This document shows, piece by piece, positions 33,286 to 37,230 of a DNA stretch of 37,230 nt. The stretch lies in IMG/VR virus record IMGVR_UViG_3300034682_000022, positions 1 through 37,230 of that record; one strand, 5' to 3'. The notes beneath the pieces were generated by a model, which saw only the letters and a program-made list of their open reading frames with translations, was not told where the DNA came from and did no database searches. A program made the translations under genes and the position numbers. Source of the stretch: a virus. Its lineage: Duplodnaviria; Caudoviricetes. Position 1 is the first letter of the stretch; every line of letters begins with the position of its first letter.

Positions 33286-34569
33286 TTATCTCCAGCTACG
33301 TTTTCGGTTTTTGAATGCGGTCACGGAGTCGCTGACCGTGCTGGTCATCAGATCCACGGCTTGGCCCAGATAGCGGAAGGCGTCTGCGCCGTGGCTGTAC
33401 TCGTCGTGCAGCGGGGCGCCCGGCTCGTTCGTCTTCTGATTGATGTCGCGCCGGTAGCGTTTCAGGCACTCCACCAGACGCAATGTCTTCTCTTGGTCGA
33501 AGTAGCATTTGGGGAACAACAGGCGCGCGGCCTTGATTCCTTCCTCAATGCTGGTCTGCGGCAGCACATGCACCGTGCGGCCCATGTCTTTCAGCAGCTC
33601 CTCGGTGCTCTTGCCGGTCTGGAAGTTGCGTGTGCGCCCGTCGTGCGGCAGAAAGTCGGTGCCCCAGCGGTACGGGTTGCGCTCCAGCTGGCCCACATAC
33701 CAGTCCAGCGTGCGGTTGCTGTCCTCGATGTAGCCAATGACGCGCACCTCGCGCGGCCCGCGCTGCGCCAGGATGATGGTCATGGCGTCGTTCCAACCCA
33801 AGTCCCAGATGCTGTGCACAGGCAACTCCGGGTCGTAGGGCACCAGCCTCACGCGCTTGTCGGTGTAAAGCTGGTCAATCTCATGGCGGTAAATGGCGCC
33901 TTCGGCCACGCGGCGGGGCTTGCCTTCCCAGATGTGGTCATAGCTCACTGGGTCCAGCGCCTGCGCCTTCACCCGCTCTTGCTCCAGCACCGCAGGAAAC
34001 CAGGGGTTGTCCCGCCAGTTAATCTCACACGTCCAGGTGTCAGGGCTCGGCGTGGCAATGAAGCGCTGCCACGTCTCGTCCGTGTCCATGTCCGGGTTCA
34101 GCGTCAGCCATATCTCCGACTCAGGCTTACGGATGGTCGGGATCAGCGTGTCCCAGCTCTTTTTGCTCACGCCATGGGCTTCTTCCACCCACACGATGTC
34201 ACAGCCTTCAAAGGATTTGATGGAGTCCACCGTGTGCTCCTGCAGGCCAGTGAACAAGAACAACGACCCGTTAGCGCCACGGATTTCGTTGTCCAGGATC
34301 TCGAATTCATCGGTCAGGTTCAGCGCCACCACCTGGTCCTTGAGCAGTCGGTGCACCGAGTCGCGCATGGACTTTTGCACCTCACGGGCGCACAGGATGC
34401 GCAGCGGTCGGTCAGCGGCCATCAGCAGCAGCGCGCGGGCCACGGCCCAGGACTTGCCGCCACCCCGGCCGCCGTGCATCACTTTGTAGCGGCGCGGCTG
34501 GAATAGCGGGCGCAGCTTTGCCGGGAACTCGGCGCGGATTTCCAGCACGTCTGACTGCTCTGCAATCAT
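33286..34569 (-). CDS. terL: Terminase large subunit (PBSX/Terminase_3 type)
   Basis: GGRGGGKS Walker A, CAREVQKSMRDSV, VWVEEAH Walker B, LTLNP, WDLGWND and SHGADAFRY nuclease motifs. Confidence 0.95.
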   Translation of the reverse strand: MIAEQSDVLEIRAEFPAKLRPLFQPRRYKVMHGGRGGGKSWAVARALLLMAADRPLRILCAREVQKSMRDSVHRLLKDQVVALNLTDEFEILDNEIRGANGSLFLFTGLQEHTVDSIKSFEGCDIVWVEEAHGVSKKSWDTLIPTIRKPESEIWLTLNPDMDTDETWQRFIATPSPDTWTCEINWRDNPWFPAVLEQERVKAQALDPVSYDHIWEGKPRRVAEGAIYRHEIDQLYTDKRVRLVPYDPELPVHSIWDLGWNDAMTIILAQRGPREVRVIGYIEDSNRTLDWYVGQLERNPYRWGTDFLPHDGRTRNFQTGKSTEELLKDMGRTVHVLPQTSIEEGIKAARLLFPKCYFDQEKTLRLVECLKRYRRDINQKTNEPGAPLHDEYSHGADAFRYLGQAVDLMTSTVSDSVTAFKNRKRSWR

Positions 34570-35243
34570 TGCGGCTTGGCCTCAACATCAATGAAATCCA
34601 CCACGACACGCTTGGGGCGGCTGTCACCGAACCCCGCATCGTCTTCAATCCGATAGGCTTTGCGCTCGCCTTCTTGAATCTTGATGAACGTCTCGGCCAA
34701 GGCTTTGATACTGGAAATTCTGGAGTTGATTGACAGCGCCTTGCTGACTACAGCCCGCGCTTTGGACTCATCCGCAGGCTCTGCGCCCTCTCCTGCCAGG
34801 ATGGCTGCCAGCAGCTCCTGCTCTTGCGCTGCCAGTGCAGATGCAGACAACTCATGGAGAAGTGATGCAGCCACATCCCGCGTGGCGGACAGGTCGCGGC
34901 GATGGCCGCTCAGAACCTGCTTGTTAAGCTCTGCAGCCGCCAAGATCACATCAGTGACCTGCGTGTGACCTTCTGTGATCTTTTGCGCAACCGTCTCCTG
35001 CATCAGCAGGGCGTTGGTGGCTGCGCGAACTTGGGGGCCCAAGTCTTGCGCCCAGGCGGTCGGATCTTTGGCTTGTGCGTCTTTGCGGTGCCGCACAATG
35101 GACTCACGGGCAACCCCATGCTTTGCAGCCAGCTCGATGTCGGTGAACTTGCCGGTGCGGAAATCCCGCTCTACGGCTGCCCAATCTACTCGTCGTGCTC
35201 GCTTGCCTGCCGGTGCCGCACTCCTGCGCGGGCTTGATGCCAT
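34566..35243 (-). CDS. terS: Terminase small subunit
   Basis: DWAAVERDFRTG...ELAAKHGV.RESI HTH; C-terminal ERKAYRIED; ATGA overlap with terL. Confidence 0.82.
   Translation of the reverse strand: MASSPRRSAAPAGKRARRVDWAAVERDFRTGKFTDIELAAKHGVARESIVRHRKDAQAKDPTAWAQDLGPQVRAATNALLMQETVAQKITEGHTQVTDVILAAAELNKQVLSGHRRDLSATRDVAASLLHELSASALAAQEQELLAAILAGEGAEPADESKARAVVSKALSINSRISSIKALAETFIKIQEGERKAYRIEDDAGFGDSRPKRVVVDFIDVEAKPQ
35216..35231 (-). promoter_or_regulatory. AGGA-loop hairpin in the first codons of terS
   Basis: CCGCGC-AGGA-GTGCGG, with the same CGCAGGAGTG core as the scaffold and capsid sites. Confidence 0.55.
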
Positions 35244-35304
35244 GAAGAAACCCCGTTGAATTGACTATCTGCCAATTGCAACGGGGTTTTCTTCGGAGTC
35301 AACG
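35244..35304 (-). promoter_or_regulatory. Putative late promoter (CGTTGACTCCG box) overlapping a ~20-bp inverted repeat/terminator that abuts the terS start
   Basis: CGTTGACTCCG at 35304-35294; TTGACT-16 nt-TGCAAT; arms GAAGAAACCCCGTTGAATTG (35244-63) and CAATTGCAACGGGGTTTTCTTC (35273-94). Confidence 0.75.
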
Positions 35305-35332
35305 CATCAACAAAATGGGGACCCCGGCCACA

Positions 35333-35402
35333 GTGCGCGAATGGGGGATTTGAACCCTACCTCGCATATCTGCTCGCGCCACACACTAGCTTTCGCATGC
35401 AC
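35333..35402 (-). ncRNA. Degenerate tRNA-like element (pseudo-tRNA)
   Basis: GGGTTCAAATCCC T-loop and terminal pairing TGCGAA/TTCGCG; no clear D-arm or anticodon arm and no CCA. Confidence 0.45.
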
Positions 35403-35442
35403 ATTTGACTGTGCCCTGCAGCCGGAGTCCGTCAAATTTTAT

Positions 35443-35661
35443 TCACTCCACCCAGTATTTCGGCTGCTGCATACTCCCGCAGCTCTTGACCTTGCCCAGT
35501 TGGTACAGCCGCTCGATGTGCCTGCGCGCTTTGGTCTTGCTGCTGCGACAGGCGGCCACGGTGCATGGGTGGCGCTCGATGTCGCGGGCGGTAGCCGGGC
35601 CAATGGCGATGATGACCTGGCGGATTGTTTCTATGGCGCCCTGCAGGCGTGGGGTGGTCAA
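35443..35661 (-). CDS. Small winged-helix-like protein (72 aa)
   Basis: AAGGAG SD and TTGA-coupled start; IRQVIIAIGPATARDIE...ARRHIERLYQLGKV...PKYW. Confidence 0.6.
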   Translation of the reverse strand: MTTPRLQGAIETIRQVIIAIGPATARDIERHPCTVAACRSSKTKARRHIERLYQLGKVKSCGSMQQPKYWVE

Positions 35662-35951
35662 GACAGCTTCTCCTTGAGATTGGTGAGGTACTGTGGGTTG
35701 CAGCGCCCCTGGCGCGTCATCTCCAGGCTTTTCACCTGGGTGCAGTCGGCGCACATGGGGAAATCAAAATTGAAAGTGGCGGATCCATCCTGGGCGACGA
35801 GGATCACCACGGGCTCATTGCGCTGGTTCTGCGCAGCTGCAGCGCTCTGCAGGTACTGCATCCAGCCGGACCGGTTGAAAAAGCACGGTGGTGGTGGCGG
35901 GGCCAAGTCATCCACGGCGTCTTTGAGGTTGATGCGGCACTTGGTCGTCAA
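35658..35951 (-). CDS. Hypothetical Cys-containing, possibly Zn-binding protein (97 aa)
   Basis: PCF...W and CADCT...M...GRC; AAGGAG SD; TTGA-coupled start. Confidence 0.65.
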   Translation of the reverse strand: MTTKCRINLKDAVDDLAPPPPPCFFNRSGWMQYLQSAAAAQNQRNEPVVILVAQDGSATFNFDFPMCADCTQVKSLEMTRQGRCNPQYLTNLKEKLS

Positions 35952-36547
35952 TTGGGCGCTCCTTGCAATGCGGTGGAAATGGAATCAATGAGGGATGCGG
36001 GGACGAGGCCCATGGCCAGCAGGCGGCGCTGGGTGTCTGCAGCCCAAACAGGCTCCAGCTCACGGCGCACGGCCTTGGTGAACAGAGCGCCCTGGTCCAG
36101 CTTCGCGTGGCAACCCTGCTCTCCTGGCCGGGGGCCACAGGCTGGAAAACAGGTCAAGTCACAAGCCTTCATCCCCATGCCCTTGCCGGTATTCGCGTGC
36201 GCGGCCTGGCTGTAGCCGGGCACCCCGCAGATTGCGCACGGCAGCGTGGCCACCGCGCGCCGATAAGCCTCCGATCGCACGGGCGCGGCCTTCGGGATGG
36301 GTGCTGCTGCCGTGGTGCCCAAACCCATCGTTGCAGCCCTTGGCACTACAGAATTCATAGCACGTCGCGCTTTATCCATAAGGCGCTGCTCCCGTTCCAG
36401 CTCTGTTTCAGGGGTGGTGCTGGACCTTGCTGCGAGGAACTTAAACAAACGTGCGTTGCGTTCATCCGTGAGGATTTGGCTCACAGCTCCACGCAGCTCG
36501 GTCACAGTTTTGAACCCCGTGCGTTTCATGGGTGTGCGGCGCATCAT
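35948..36547 (-). CDS. HNH-like Zn-finger nuclease-family protein of the nin region (DUF968/DUF1364-like)
   Basis: RSEAYRRAVATLPCAICG...QAAHAN.GKGMGMKACD...PAC...CHAKLD; N-terminal MRRTPMKR. Confidence 0.75.
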   Translation of the reverse strand: MMRRTPMKRTGFKTVTELRGAVSQILTDERNARLFKFLAARSSTTPETELEREQRLMDKARRAMNSVVPRAATMGLGTTAAAPIPKAAPVRSEAYRRAVATLPCAICGVPGYSQAAHANTGKGMGMKACDLTCFPACGPRPGEQGCHAKLDQGALFTKAVRRELEPVWAADTQRRLLAMGLVPASLIDSISTALQGAPN

Positions 36548-37065
36548 TCGTTGAATCCCCCCAGGATCGTTTCGATCATCTGGATGCGCTGGCAATCGCC
36601 CAGGTGCTTCCACAGCGTCTTGCCCGCGTGCTCGGTACGCAGGAAGGCCACGGCATCGTTGTGGAACTGCTCCATGGCGCCCTGCTCCAACTTGGAATAG
36701 CTGATAGACCGGGGCACGGGGATCACGCCACCCTTAGGACCTGGATACCAGTCCACGAACGAGGCTCCCACCTTCAACCAAGTGCGGAAGCTCTCAAAGT
36801 CCTCAAAGCGCTCCTGCGCTTCAAAAACTGCCTGCTCCATCGCCATGTGCTTGCGGTGATACCAGCCCAGCCTCGGCTGCACCGTGGTGATTTCCACCAT
36901 CTCGCCGGGCTGCAGGCGCATGAGGCCATTCCAGAGGCGGCGCCACTGCTTGCGGCCACGCTCACCCAAGCCATCCACGATGCCAAAGAACACGCGGCGG
37001 GCGGCCTCGGCATCCTGGGGCGCGATGGGTGCAGCATCCTGGCGGACAAGAGTGATTTCAGGCAC
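36544..37065 (-). CDS. DUF1367 family protein
   Basis: PR..YHRKHMA...FESFRTWLKVGA.FVDW...PVPRSISYSKLEQ; GGAGG SD before GTG 37065. Confidence 0.75.
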   Translation of the reverse strand: MPEITLVRQDAAPIAPQDAEAARRVFFGIVDGLGERGRKQWRRLWNGLMRLQPGEMVEITTVQPRLGWYHRKHMAMEQAVFEAQERFEDFESFRTWLKVGASFVDWYPGPKGGVIPVPRSISYSKLEQGAMEQFHNDAVAFLRTEHAGKTLWKHLGDCQRIQMIETILGGFNE

Positions 37066-37230
37066 GGCGCACCTCCACACGCACCATGCCGCCCACGGTG
37101 TCGGCCTTGCTGATCGTCAGCGTCCAGTGCTTGTCGTCCACACCCAGCACATCGGCCAGCCCATCCAGACCGGACTTCATGCGCGCCAGGCAGTTATCCA
37201 GGTCATGCGCGCGGCGGTTGGGCGGCACGA
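37058..37230 (-). CDS. rusA: RusA-like Holliday junction resolvase, C-terminal part (truncated by the window edge)
   Basis: Manual translation: VPPNRRAHDLDNCLARMKSGLDGLADVLGVDDKHW...VRVEVRRA*, carrying the DxDNxxxxxKxxxD motif. Confidence 0.8.
   Translation of the reverse strand, partial: VPPNRRAHDLDNCLARMKSGLDGLADVLGVDDKHWTLTISKADTVGGMVRVEVRRA

Larger units (their letters stand above)
326..37230 (-). mobile_element. Prophage/phage late region (podovirus type with N4-gp56-like capsid and giant polyvalent ejection protein); continues beyond the right edge
   Basis: Contiguous co-oriented terminase, portal, scaffold, capsid, tail, lysis and ejection genes, many with overlapping start/stop codons. 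No integrase or att site is visible in the window. Confidence 0.95.

Noticed and set aside
29972-34506. Long plus-strand ORFs (30115-32316, 29972-31351, 33361-34506)
   Set aside because: Antisense shadows of the portal and terminase genes.
35333-35402. Functional canonical tRNA
   Set aside because: The T-stem has only 3 good pairs, no D-arm or anticodon arm can be assigned, and there is no CCA.
36806-36821. AAGCGC-AGGA-GCGCTT hairpin inside the DUF1367 gene
   Set aside because: Mid-gene, far from any start codon, and lacks the exact GTG arm. It was not counted as a CsrA-like site, though it cannot be excluded.
1-37230. CRISPR array, integrase/att site, IS element, rRNA
   Set aside because: No regularly spaced repeats and no recombinase, transposase or rRNA signatures were seen.

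Overview
The whole window is the late (virion morphogenesis and lysis) region of a temperate podovirus-type prophage, encoded almost entirely on the minus strand. A REP-like palindrome at 276-330 suggests a Comamonadaceae host. From right to left it reads: nin-like region (RusA fragment, DUF1367, HNH-like Zn protein, two small ORFs), degenerate tRNA-like element, terS, terL, HNH-AP2 endonuclease, portal, Gp49, scaffold, CsrA-like small protein, N4-gp56-type major capsid, decoration and adaptor proteins, tail fibre module with a low-GC discoidin-like tip, lysis cassette (holin, SAR lysozyme, Rz/Rz1), an antisense NUMOD4-HNH, nozzle, tail tip, GNAT, ejection proteins with an embedded PAPS/APS-reductase-like gene, and a 3340-aa polyvalent PLxRFG protein. 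Most notable: (1) a candidate late regulatory system made of five identical CGTTGACTCCG promoter boxes, a phage CsrA-like gene, and three identical CGC-AGGA-GTG RNA hairpins at the terS, scaffold and capsid starts; (2) an HNH element inserted into the Rz/Rz1 3' end that brought a replacement end and left a readable fossil of the original; (3) a [4Fe-4S]-motif PAPS-reductase-like enzyme inside the ejection module. Family calls come from motifs recognised by eye; no database searches were run.
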